IMG/VR virus record: IMGVR_UViG_3300025087_001783
Coordinates: 1-57,089 of that record
Source of the DNA: a virus
Taxonomy: Duplodnaviria > Caudoviricetes
DNA length: 57,089 nucleotides
Direction: 5' to 3' (one strand)
Positions 36,054 through 45,140 of this stretch are shown piece by piece. The number at the start of each line of letters is the position of its first letter. Within the stretch, counting starts at the first letter, position 1. A model generated the notes under the pieces. The model was not told where the DNA came from, did not search any database, and worked only from the letters and a program-made list of their open reading frames with translations. The position numbers and the translations under genes were made by a program.

Positions 36054-38609
36054 ATGAGCAATCCTTCTGAGACCAACGAGGTTTGCATAAAGTGTGGATT
36101 GTGGAAGGGATGCAAAACACCATTTATGCCCGCTCATGGCCCAGAGGATGCAAAGCTGACGATTGTAGGAGAGGCTCCTGGAGCACAGGAGGATGAGATT
36201 GGAATACCGTTTGTTGGACAGAGTGGGGAATTGTTGCGTAATGTATTGCGGGAGGTTGGTTTTGATCCTGAGAAGGATGTCAGATATACGAACGTCGTAC
36301 GTTGCAGGCCTCCGGACAATAAACTAGGTTCGAAGGCGATTATCAAAGCCTGTAGCCAATTTGCCCATCAAGAGCTGGCTGGCACCCCACAAGGGCAAAT
36401 TTGGTTGATGGGAGGCAGTGCTCTCATGGGGATTCTAGGAGAAGTTGGCATCACTGCTTGGAACGGGATAAAGGTAGAAAAGGGTGGAAATACCTTTGTC
36501 CCACTCTATCACCCTGCTTATATTCTGCGCAATATGAACATGCTGGACGAGTGGTTGGATGCCATGCTGAAGGCAGTAGATGGAGAAGAGGAGCGTAAGG
36601 GTTTTGAGCGCGTGATTATCAATACTGTGCAGGGCATGCTAGAGATGCAGCTGGACCTCGCGGAGTATGATGTTATCAGTTACGACACAGAGACCAGCGA
36701 TCTCAATCCATATGCTGAGTACAGCTTCGTACTGTCTGCCAGCTTTGCCAGGCCTGGACGCGCGTACGCATTTCCATTAGATCATCCAGAAACACCATGG
36801 TCTGTAGCTGAGCGGGAGCAGGTATATGATATATTATGCGATGTATTGATGTCGCATAACGGTCGTGTTGTTGGACACAATATCAAGTTTGACCAGCTGC
36901 ATACATTGGCTTATGCGGACATAGATTTTGCTGCTGGTGGGGACAGCATGCTTATCAGCCACTTGCTGGATAGTCGCAGAGGTATTCATGGATTGAAGCA
37001 TTTGGCAGGTATGCACCTAGGAATGTATGAGTATGAACAAGAACTATCTATTTATATTAACAGTCATCCAGAGGCAAACCCACATAAAGGTGGTTCGTAT
37101 GCTTTTGTACCTTTGGACATTTTGTTGCCATATGGTGCTATGGATGCAGAGGCCACGTTATTACTGGTTGAAAAGTTGTATGATAGTTTATCGGACGCGC
37201 AGCGGACGCTTTATGACGAGATGGTGATACCTGCCAGCAATGTACTGTGTCGTATGCAGAGTAATGGGTTGAATCTGGACACGTACATTGCAGCGCGTTA
37301 TGCTAAGATTTACAACTGGCGCCAGCATCGTTTGTACGAGGAGTTGCAAAACGATCCTAAGGTTCGTAGGATGGTCAAAAAACATGCTACGAACAAGAAA
37401 TGGAAATTCAACCCAAACTCGTCGTACCACTTGTCAGAGCTGTATTTTGAGCAGTATAAAATACCTGTTGTTGGAGAAACTCCAAAGGGCAGGCCGTCCA
37501 CAAGCGCGAAGCTGTACAAGAACCTTGAGGAAAGATTTCCAATATTACACAAAGTGCGATATTATAAGTTGCTGACAAAAATGCTTGGGACATACATTGA
37601 GCCTGTACAGGGGAAGTGGTTGTCAGCAGATGGTAGGGTGCGTTCTACATACTTGCTGCACGGGACTGTTACCGGCAGGCTTGCCTCTGAGCAGCCAAAT
37701 TTACAAAACATTCCCACACCCGAAAAAGAGCCAGGTACATTGCTGGAAACCTTGCCAATCAAGAATGTGTTTACTCATACCTACAAGGGTGGGTTGGTGA
37801 TGAGTGTTGACTATAGTGGTATGGAGCTGAGAGTATTTGCAAGCGTTGCAAAATGCATGTTGATGATATCTATTCACAAGAGCGGGCTGGATTTCCATAG
37901 AATGGTTGCAGCTTTGAGCTTGCGCATGATCAGCAAAAACGATATGCTGCAGGTGGATGATTGGGCATATGCAAAAGCACAATTCCAGCCAATCATAGGA
38001 CAGATAGACAAGCCGACGCGTTATGTTTACAAATGGACGAACTGGACATTATTGTACGGTGGCGACGAGTACACGTTGCACCGTATGTACGACGTGCCCA
38101 TTGAAGACGCGCAGGAAACCGTGCGTATGTATTATGACATGTTCCCAGAAGTGCTTGAGTACAGGGAAAGTTGTAGGGAGTTTGCTGAGGATCATGGCTA
38201 TATAGAGAGTCCGTTCGGGCGCAGGGCACAATTGCCGTACATCAATGACAGAGATAATGGAAAACGCAACAAGGCTGTGCGAGAAGCAGTCAATATGCCT
38301 GTGCAGTCAGCAGCCAGTGATACACTGTTGTGCGCTGCTATTATCATTAATAGGTATATGCAAGAGCAATGCATGAAGTCTATGCTTGTAAATACTGTGC
38401 ACGACAGCTTGATGATTGACGCGCATCCAAAGGAAATAGAGCATTTGGCATATCTGTGCAAGACTCGTATGGAGAATATCAGTAAGTACGCGGCAGTGCA
38501 AATGCCAAATGTGGATTTCAGCTGGCTTATAAGCCCGCTTAAGGCAGATGTAGATGTCGGCACCCATTATGGTGTCATGGAGGATATTGACGAATGGATG
38601 AAAAAGTAG
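36054..38609 (+). CDS. polA: Family A DNA polymerase with N-terminal family-4 uracil-DNA-glycosylase-like domain
   Basis: CIKCGL..VGEAPG..PFVG..CRPP..HPAY (UDG); DTET, HNIKFD, YGAMD (3'-5' exo); TGRLAS..PNLQNIP, DYSGMELR, NMPVQS, VHDS. Confidence 0.95.
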   Translation: MSNPSETNEVCIKCGLWKGCKTPFMPAHGPEDAKLTIVGEAPGAQEDEIGIPFVGQSGELLRNVLREVGFDPEKDVRYTNVVRCRPPDNKLGSKAIIKACSQFAHQELAGTPQGQIWLMGGSALMGILGEVGITAWNGIKVEKGGNTFVPLYHPAYILRNMNMLDEWLDAMLKAVDGEEERKGFERVIINTVQGMLEMQLDLAEYDVISYDTETSDLNPYAEYSFVLSASFARPGRAYAFPLDHPETPWSVAEREQVYDILCDVLMSHNGRVVGHNIKFDQLHTLAYADIDFAAGGDSMLISHLLDSRRGIHGLKHLAGMHLGMYEYEQELSIYINSHPEANPHKGGSYAFVPLDILLPYGAMDAEATLLLVEKLYDSLSDAQRTLYDEMVIPASNVLCRMQSNGLNLDTYIAARYAKIYNWRQHRLYEELQNDPKVRRMVKKHATNKKWKFNPNSSYHLSELYFEQYKIPVVGETPKGRPSTSAKLYKNLEERFPILHKVRYYKLLTKMLGTYIEPVQGKWLSADGRVRSTYLLHGTVTGRLASEQPNLQNIPTPEKEPGTLLETLPIKNVFTHTYKGGLVMSVDYSGMELRVFASVAKCMLMISIHKSGLDFHRMVAALSLRMISKNDMLQVDDWAYAKAQFQPIIGQIDKPTRYVYKWTNWTLLYGGDEYTLHRMYDVPIEDAQETVRMYYDMFPEVLEYRESCREFAEDHGYIESPFGRRAQLPYINDRDNGKRNKAVREAVNMPVQSAASDTLLCAAIIINRYMQEQCMKSMLVNTVHDSLMIDAHPKEIEHLAYLCKTRMENISKYAAVQMPNVDFSWLISPLKADVDVGTHYGVMEDIDEWMKK

Positions 38610-38827
38610 ATGGACCGCAGGTTATTAGGATTCCCGTTGATATGCGCGGCAAGCAAGTGCTGGTGTTTAGCAACTTGCCGGAGTTTATCGACAAGCAAAA
38701 ATTGTCGGAGGACGTTCGCGCATGGCTCAATAGTGACGATCCTATTTATGCAGTGTTTTCCAATACTGATATTAGGGTTGAATTGGTGAGGATTTCCAGA
38801 GGAAGGAGAAACGGTCATGGGCGATGA
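38594..38827 (+). CDS. Hypothetical protein
   Basis: GGAGG RBS; 77 aa. Confidence 0.55.
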   Translation: MDEKVDGPQVIRIPVDMRGKQVLVFSNLPEFIDKQKLSEDVRAWLNSDDPIYAVFSNTDIRVELVRISRGRRNGHGR

Positions 38828-38972
38828 ACCATTCTATTACAATTCAGAGGATTTCAAGGACTTTCCAGAAGTGACAAGCCAGGATGGGGAAACGTACACT
38901 GGTATTGACACTGTCATCACCTACGATAATGATGGGGAACAGCATGTGGAGGTTATTGTAGATGAACGATGA
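38817..38972 (+). CDS. Small acidic hypothetical protein (51 aa)
   Basis: AAGGAG RBS; MGDEPFYYNSEDF...VIVDER; fills the gap between neighbours. Confidence 0.55.
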   Translation: MGDEPFYYNSEDFKDFPEVTSQDGETYTGIDTVITYDNDGEQHVEVIVDER

Positions 38973-39519
38973 TATTATCCATGAGATTTCTGGAACACAG
39001 ATATCAGTTGTTGATATGCGTGGCAAGCTGCGCACGTTCGACATCGGCGATATTTTCAATATTGACGAGAGTAACATCAGCAAGGAATTTACCCAGCAAG
39101 CAAGCCTGTACGCGTTCTTTGCAGCATTGGCTGCTACTGCTGAGAAGAAAGCTGCTGATGCGGACTTCTTGAAAGACCAGGAATATGCTCAAGCCGATCA
39201 AGCCAGCCGCGAGGATTTGGAGGAGCAGAGTATCAAATATACTGAGGCAGTTATCAAGTCCATGGTCGTCACGGATGCAGGTTATACCAAGCGTGTGCGC
39301 AATCATATTATTGCAGAGTACGATTACAGGTTATTGAAGGCATTGGCATCCGCGCTGGAGCAGCGTGCAAATATGTTGATTAGTTTGGGGGCATACTTGC
39401 GGCACGAGTTGGATCAGACTGCTATGAATATCAAACGTGCTCAGACTGATGGAGCTGTTGAGGAAGCCAAACGTTTGATGCGTGAACGTAAAGGCGATAA
39501 AAATAGTGGGCAAGTTTAG
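38962..39519 (+). CDS. UvsY-like recombination mediator
   Basis: Coiled coil with TEAVIKS..D..Y and ALEQRANMLISLGA; next to the SSB gene. Confidence 0.6.
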   Translation: MNDDIIHEISGTQISVVDMRGKLRTFDIGDIFNIDESNISKEFTQQASLYAFFAALAATAEKKAADADFLKDQEYAQADQASREDLEEQSIKYTEAVIKSMVVTDAGYTKRVRNHIIAEYDYRLLKALASALEQRANMLISLGAYLRHELDQTAMNIKRAQTDGAVEEAKRLMRERKGDKNSGQV

Positions 39520-39525
39520 TATAAT
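39511..39525 (+). promoter_or_regulatory. Phage promoter motif CAAGTTTAG-TATAAT
   Basis: Identical to 6810-6824. Confidence 0.7.
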
Positions 39526-39529
39526 AGAG

Positions 39530-39576
39530 TTGCCTAGGAGTTGTGGTTGGCAGCCTCTACTGCAATTCCTAGGCAA
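39530..39576 (+). ncRNA. 18-bp RNA hairpin with 11-nt loop (candidate antisense sRNA or structured ssb leader)
   Basis: TTGCCTAGGAGTTGTGGT / ACTGCAATTCCTAGGCAA is fully paired only if three G-U wobbles are allowed, which points to a + strand RNA structure; loop TGGCAGCCTCT. Confidence 0.65.
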
Positions 39577-39580
39577 TCTA

Positions 39581-39604
39581 ATCACTCGATCACTCAATCA
39601 CTAA
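39581..39604 (+). repeat. Tandem 8-nt repeat ATCACT(CG/CA/AA) x3 upstream of the ssb RBS
   Basis: ATCACTCG-ATCACTCA-ATCACTAA. Confidence 0.8.
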
Positions 39605-39620
39605 CAAAAAGGAGTACGAA

Positions 39621-40508
39621 ATGGCTGTAACAAAGAAACCCGCAAAAATGGATCGTGGCGCGAGGCTGGCTGCTTTGCGCGATAAGATCAAGAACACCGA
39701 TCTTGGAGGCGGTGGGGGTGCTGGATTTTGGTCGCCGAAAGAGGGCGCCAACGTGATCCGTATCCTGCCTGAGGTTGGAGACATGCCGTTCTTTTTCCAA
39801 ACGGTCGGGCGGCATTACTTCCCTCCGGATGGTAAGAAGAACGTATATTGCCCAAAGTTTACCACCGAGGGAGAGCGCGAGTGTCCAGTCTGCGAAATTG
39901 TAGAGGATCTGTATAAGAGTGGTGATGCTGCAAACAAAACGCTTGCTGGCCAGCTGCGAGTTCGCAAGCAGTACTGGATGAATGTCATCGATCGCAGTGC
40001 TGACAAGGACAAAACTGCTCCGCTAATCTACACCCCTGGCCAGAAGGTTTTCGGATCGATCGTGGCACTGATCCAGGATCCGGATTATGGTGACATCCAC
40101 GACATTGAGCAAGGCCTGGATATTACCATTAATCGGTCAGGTAAGGGTTTGGAGACCGAGTATGAAGTGGTTCCACGGCGCAAGGCCTCCCCTCTCAGTC
40201 AGGATCCTGACAAAGCTGCTGAATGGATTGAGAAAGCCAAAGACCTGTCCTGGGCGGAAGTCAGTGAAGATCCCGATGAGGATAAGGAGCTGTCCAGCGG
40301 GCATGCTGTGTATATCCTGCCGTATGATCGTATCGTCAAGGATCATGATCTTGACGATCCGGACTTCATCACTGACGAGGAAGAAGATGATGATGTCGAT
40401 GAAGAAGACGAGGACGAAGATGAAGATGAGGACGAGGAAGATCCACCGACCACTCGTCCTGCTCGTCGAGCACCTACTCGCACGGCGCGACGTTCTACCA
40501 GGCGATAG
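39621..40508 (+). CDS. Single-stranded DNA-binding protein (T4 gp32-like)
   Basis: FW..G.NVIRILP, H..YCP..CPVCE, YWMNVIDR, G.DITI..G.G..TEY; acidic tail. Confidence 0.8.
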   Translation: MAVTKKPAKMDRGARLAALRDKIKNTDLGGGGGAGFWSPKEGANVIRILPEVGDMPFFFQTVGRHYFPPDGKKNVYCPKFTTEGERECPVCEIVEDLYKSGDAANKTLAGQLRVRKQYWMNVIDRSADKDKTAPLIYTPGQKVFGSIVALIQDPDYGDIHDIEQGLDITINRSGKGLETEYEVVPRRKASPLSQDPDKAAEWIEKAKDLSWAEVSEDPDEDKELSSGHAVYILPYDRIVKDHDLDDPDFITDEEEDDDVDEEDEDEDEDEDEEDPPTTRPARRAPTRTARRSTRR

Positions 40509-40517
40509 GGTGCAATA

Positions 40518-41726
40518 ATGCAGCCAGTCCGCATCATTCACTTTGCAGACCTCCACATAGGCGTAGACCGCAACGGTCCTGTCGATCCGGAAACAGCTAT
40601 CAACGGCAGAGTGTTGGACTTTCTGGACGCGTTGGATGCTGCAGTGGATTATGCTGTAGAGAATGATGCGGACTTGGCATTGTTTGCTGGGGATGCGTTT
40701 CATAAGCACAACCCTGACCCAACATATGTCAGGGAGTTTGCAGAGCGTATTATCCGACTGGCTGAGCAGTGTCCGGTTGTGCTATTGCTTGGAAATCATG
40801 ATATGCCAGGAATTATCGAGAAGGCCACTGCGATCGACATGTTTGATGTATTCAACGTGCCAAATGTCATAGTAGGTTGGCGAGACGAGTTACACATTAT
40901 CAAAACCAAGCGTGGTAGTGTGCAGGTTGCTACTGTGCCATATCCTATGAAACAACAGCTGCTAACTGCCAAACAGCTGCGTAAGTGTAAGGACGTCAAG
41001 CAATTATTGCAAGCTGCCGTCAAGCGCATTATCATTAATCTTGCAGAGCAGGTTGTTGACACCATGCCGGCAGTGCTGGTTGGGCACTTTTCAGTAACCA
41101 ACGCGACGTACGGCAGTGAGCGCATGCTATCATTGGACAACGGTGCAGAGGTTGCACTGGAGGATTTACTAGATCCGTGGGACTACGTGGCATTGGGGCA
41201 TTTGCATATGCAGCAATGCTTGACAGAGGATTATGAGGATGCAGCTCCTGTAGTTTACAGCGGATCATTGGAGCGCGTTGATTTTGGGGAGGAGCATCAG
41301 CCCAAGGGTTTTATGTGGGTGGAAATCGGGGATGAGATTGCCTACGATTTTGTAGAGGTTGATGCGCGTCCATATGTTACAATTGACGTGAATGTGTCAA
41401 AGTCTAAGCACCCCACAGAAAAGGTTTTACAGCGTATACAGGCAATGGATTTACAGAGTGCGGTTGTTAGGATAAGGATTAATGCAGTAGACTCCTCCTA
41501 TTTGCAAGAGGAGCGTATACATCAGGCAGTTATACAGGCAGGCGCGTATTTTGTGCACTCATTGAGCATCACTCGCAGGCCTGTTAAAACAGAGACGCGT
41601 TTGGCAGACGTTAAGCTATCAACACTGCCAGCGATTGATGCGTTACAGGTATACCTGGAAGAAACAGGGGCGAAAAACATTCCAGGATTGCTGCAGTTGG
41701 CGAGGGAGGTTATGTGTGATGGATGA
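40518..41726 (+). CDS. SbcD/Mre11-like metallophosphoesterase nuclease
   Basis: ADLHIG, AGDAFH, GNHD, GH, ALGHLH, YSGS..DFGE. Confidence 0.9.
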   Translation: MQPVRIIHFADLHIGVDRNGPVDPETAINGRVLDFLDALDAAVDYAVENDADLALFAGDAFHKHNPDPTYVREFAERIIRLAEQCPVVLLLGNHDMPGIIEKATAIDMFDVFNVPNVIVGWRDELHIIKTKRGSVQVATVPYPMKQQLLTAKQLRKCKDVKQLLQAAVKRIIINLAEQVVDTMPAVLVGHFSVTNATYGSERMLSLDNGAEVALEDLLDPWDYVALGHLHMQQCLTEDYEDAAPVVYSGSLERVDFGEEHQPKGFMWVEIGDEIAYDFVEVDARPYVTIDVNVSKSKHPTEKVLQRIQAMDLQSAVVRIRINAVDSSYLQEERIHQAVIQAGAYFVHSLSITRRPVKTETRLADVKLSTLPAIDALQVYLEETGAKNIPGLLQLAREVMCDG

Positions 41727-41928
41727 TATTATCATTATATTGACGGTGATTTATGTATTGATAGGTGTTGGTATAATGTCGGCTGTTATGACATCACTGT
41801 CGTCAAAGCTGCACAAAGACAACCTACTGTACACAATCGTTGCAGTAGTTATGGCTATTATATTGGGCCTATTATGGCCAGGATTCGTGGCATATGTGCT
41901 ATTCTCCCCAACCTCCATCAAGCGCTGA
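41719..41928 (+). CDS. Small membrane protein
   Basis: Two hydrophobic helices, LLWP motif; GGAGG RBS. Confidence 0.55.
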   Translation: MDDIIIILTVIYVLIGVGIMSAVMTSLSSKLHKDNLLYTIVAVVMAIILGLLWPGFVAYVLFSPTSIKR

Positions 41929-42019
41929 CGACTCTCCAGTGCTGGACAATGAGAGTGACGGTTGTGATATTTGCGACGACGATTATCATCAGAGCCTGCA
42001 TGATTGCGAGGAGTGAACA

Positions 42020-42466
42020 ATGTCATTAGATGTGTGGTTGGAGCTTGATGGATATGGTACCATTTGTAAAAATGGTATGATCCCTATCCGAGAGAATGGA
42101 AGGACTGTAGAAATTACTCGTGATGAATGGGACGCGCGCTATCCTGGACGAGAACCTGTAATTTGTAGTGTTGATGACAATACTGTATTTAGTGCAAATA
42201 TCACACATAATCTTGGTCGTATGGCCAATGAGGCAGGTATATACAAACACTTGTGGCGTCCAGAAGAAGTAAATACTACTTTGGCAAAAGATCTTATTGA
42301 GCCATTGCGTGAAGGATTAAAAGTATTACAAGGTGATCGTGAGCGTTTCGAGAAATTTAATCCAGAAAATGGTTGGGGGGATTATGATGGCTTGGTGAAT
42401 TTTGTTAGTGGATATCTTAGAGCTTGCGAGGAATTTCCTGACGCTAAAATTAGGGTGTGGAGATAA
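42020..42466 (+). CDS. Hypothetical phage protein
   Basis: GAGGAG RBS; MSLDV..ANITHNLG..NPENGWGDY. Confidence 0.7.
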   Translation: MSLDVWLELDGYGTICKNGMIPIRENGRTVEITRDEWDARYPGREPVICSVDDNTVFSANITHNLGRMANEAGIYKHLWRPEEVNTTLAKDLIEPLREGLKVLQGDRERFEKFNPENGWGDYDGLVNFVSGYLRACEEFPDAKIRVWR

Positions 42467-43482
42467 TGTATATGAGTAAATCTAAGGATTTGGTTGACGC
42501 GCTCAGCGGTGGGAAATTACGGTTGCCTGTGTCGTTGTTAAGCGATGATAATTCCCCGTGTATTGTGTCGGAGTGGTTGCCTAGTGGATGCCTGTCTTTG
42601 GATAAAATTCTTGGGGGAGGATTTCCTGTAGGTAGGATCACGGAGATTTTTGGTGATACATCCACTGGCAAAAGTCTGATTGCAGCACAGGTTATTGCGC
42701 TTGCTCAGCAGGATGGGCACATATGCGTGCTGGCAGATACGGAAACTGCAACCAGCTTGCCAATTATGCAAGCGGTTGGGGTTGATCCTGACAACCTAGT
42801 ATACGCGGCTCCTGATACTATGGAGGACGTGTTTACAATCTTCGAGAACGCGATATTATCAAAACCCAAGGACAGCTTGCTGTTGCTGGTGTGGGACAGT
42901 GTTGCTGCGAGTTCCACGCGTAGGGAGATGGAGAATGAGTATGGCAAGGCCTCTATGGGTGGAGGCGCCAATATTCTCAGCCAGGCGCTGCGTAAAATCA
43001 CGCGTATGGTTGGCAAGCAAAGAGTTTGCGGCATTTTTCTCAATCAAGTGCGTGAGAAAATTGGAGTTATGTTCGGAGATAACGAGACAACCTATGGGGG
43101 AAAGGCTTTGCCGTACTACGCCAGCGTGAGGCTGCGCCTGAAGCTGGGACAGAAGATTAAGTCAGGTAAGAAAATCGTAGGATTATCAACTCGTGCCAGC
43201 TGTGTAAAAAACAAGGTTGCCATGCCATTTTTGGGTTGCGAATTGCCGATTTATTTTGGGCATGGTATCGATGATCCGGAGGCAACTCTGTTGTACCTGA
43301 AGGCATCAGGACTTGTTACAGGCGCAACCCACAAGCATATTACCATTAATGGAGAGGATTGTTCATTCACTTCCAGCAACTGGCCTGATTTGTACGATGC
43401 GCAATATGATGCCATTGCAGATATAATTATGACACACGATGCGGACTCGGACGAGGTGTTTGATGATGCTACTGCTGATTGA
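42466..43482 (+). CDS. recA: RecA/UvsX-like recombinase
   Basis: SLDKILGGGFPVGRITEIFGDTSTGKS, WDSVAA, NQVREKIGVMFG, GGKALPYYASVRL, KNKV. Confidence 0.9.
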   Translation: MYMSKSKDLVDALSGGKLRLPVSLLSDDNSPCIVSEWLPSGCLSLDKILGGGFPVGRITEIFGDTSTGKSLIAAQVIALAQQDGHICVLADTETATSLPIMQAVGVDPDNLVYAAPDTMEDVFTIFENAILSKPKDSLLLLVWDSVAASSTRREMENEYGKASMGGGANILSQALRKITRMVGKQRVCGIFLNQVREKIGVMFGDNETTYGGKALPYYASVRLRLKLGQKIKSGKKIVGLSTRASCVKNKVAMPFLGCELPIYFGHGIDDPEATLLYLKASGLVTGATHKHITINGEDCSFTSSNWPDLYDAQYDAIADIIMTHDADSDEVFDDATAD

Positions 43483-44437
43483 TGGGAACAACCTGGCGCA
43501 CCGCTGTCGGCATGTATTTTCATTATCGAACAGGGGCAAAGATGTCAGCGTGACATATGGATTTTTGCGCACGTTATACTCTTACTTGCGCAAGTATGAG
43601 CCACAGTGCGTAGTAGTGTGTTGGGATGGGGGAATCCCGAAATTCAGGGTGGCGGCAGTACCAGAGTACAAAGCCAACAGGCACAAAGACGACGATCCTG
43701 TTGAGTATGAGGATTTTCTGCGACAGATGCGAGAGCTGAGCGACTACGCGCTGCCTATGTTGGGAGTGGTGACGGTGCGCAAATGGGGTGTGGAGGCAGA
43801 TGACCTGATCGCAGCAGCCGCGCGGCTGAGTACGTTTGGTGATACGATGATTGTGTCATCGGATAAGGATTTATTGCAATGCTGTGATAGGCACGTTACT
43901 GTAGTGCGCCCAAGCACCAACGGCAAAGATGACAAGATTTACGATGTTGATACGGTAGAGCAAGAATTTGATGTAGGGTTTGAGCATTATGTCGAATGGC
44001 GAGCGCTGCAAGGTGATAAGAGTGATAATATTCCTGGAGTTCCAGGTATAGGCGAGAAAACTGCTAGCAAGCTGTTTAGACAATATGGGACGTTGACAGG
44101 CATAACCAACGCGGCAGCAGGTATAAACCCTGCTGGGACGATTGATGGCAGGCTTGGGGAAGCCATTATGCAGTTTGGCTTTGACCGCATAGCCAGGAAC
44201 ATTTTCATTACGTCCCTGCATGCAGATAGAGTTGGCGCCAAAGCCGCGTTGTTAGATGCGGTGGAGGTGTGGAAGCCTGCCAACAAGGATCGGATGAAAA
44301 AGTACTTTTATACGAATGCGTTTATGTCATTGCTAGATGGGGATTTTATTGGTAGGTTGCTGAAGCTGCGACCTCCAGTCCTACTGAGTAATATGACTGT
44401 GCCAAAGGTTTGCCACAAGAGATTTCCAATAGTGTAG
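43463..44437 (+). CDS. 5'-3' exonuclease / flap endonuclease
   Basis: LIDGNNL, YKANR, EADD, SSDKDLLQ, GDKSDNIPGVPGIGEKTA. Confidence 0.95.
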   Translation: MMLLLIDGNNLAHRCRHVFSLSNRGKDVSVTYGFLRTLYSYLRKYEPQCVVVCWDGGIPKFRVAAVPEYKANRHKDDDPVEYEDFLRQMRELSDYALPMLGVVTVRKWGVEADDLIAAAARLSTFGDTMIVSSDKDLLQCCDRHVTVVRPSTNGKDDKIYDVDTVEQEFDVGFEHYVEWRALQGDKSDNIPGVPGIGEKTASKLFRQYGTLTGITNAAAGINPAGTIDGRLGEAIMQFGFDRIARNIFITSLHADRVGAKAALLDAVEVWKPANKDRMKKYFYTNAFMSLLDGDFIGRLLKLRPPVLLSNMTVPKVCHKRFPIV

Positions 44438-44448
44438 TGGAGGATTAT

Positions 44449-44673
44449 ATGTTGAAATCTGTAACAAAAGTTGGATGTATAAATGTGCTTGCAGGTATCA
44501 TAGCTATAATTTTATATTATGTGTACGTAGGTATACACACGCCAATATTGGCAAGATCGCCAGAAATGTTACAGGATGCAATTAGGAGCGGTGCCTGGGT
44601 TGCATCTACGGCAGGTGTAATACAAGGTTTGCGATGCTTTTTCAATAAGATTAATAGGCATATTGGTATATGA
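44449..44673 (+). CDS. Small membrane protein
   Basis: GGAGG RBS; hydrophobic segments. Confidence 0.45.
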   Translation: MLKSVTKVGCINVLAGIIAIILYYVYVGIHTPILARSPEMLQDAIRSGAWVASTAGVIQGLRCFFNKINRHIGI

Positions 44674-45140
44674 AGTGCTACATAGGCATTGATCCTGGTA
44701 AAGCAGGGGGAGTGGCAGTTATTGCAGATAATGGCATTGACTGTATATTTCCAATACCTTTGGCTGGTAAGGACATCGATGCTGCAATGTTGGCTGCGAA
44801 AATATATGACTTGAGTGAAGTGTACGATTGCGTTGTTTGCATAGAGAAAGTCACAGCTATGCCAGGGCAAGGTGTCACATCAACATTTTCATTTGGAGTT
44901 GGGTTTGGGATTTTACTAGGTATTTGTGCAGCGTTGGTGCTGCCAGTGCACCTGGTCACACCGCAAGCCTGGAAAAAAGTCATCCTGGCTGGTACAACCA
45001 AGGACAAAGCGGCAGCAATCAGTTACGTGTCTAGAGCATATCCAGGGGTGAGTTTGCTGGCAACAGCGCGCTCTAGGAAGCCACACGACGGCATTGCAGA
45101 TGCAATCTGCATTGCGGAGTATGCCTCTAGAACCTATTGA
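44670..45140 (+). CDS. RuvC-like Holliday junction resolvase
   Basis: IGIDPG, IEKV, FSFG, PQAWKK, DGIADA. Confidence 0.85.
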   Translation: MKCYIGIDPGKAGGVAVIADNGIDCIFPIPLAGKDIDAAMLAAKIYDLSEVYDCVVCIEKVTAMPGQGVTSTFSFGVGFGILLGICAALVLPVHLVTPQAWKKVILAGTTKDKAAAISYVSRAYPGVSLLATARSRKPHDGIADAICIAEYASRTY

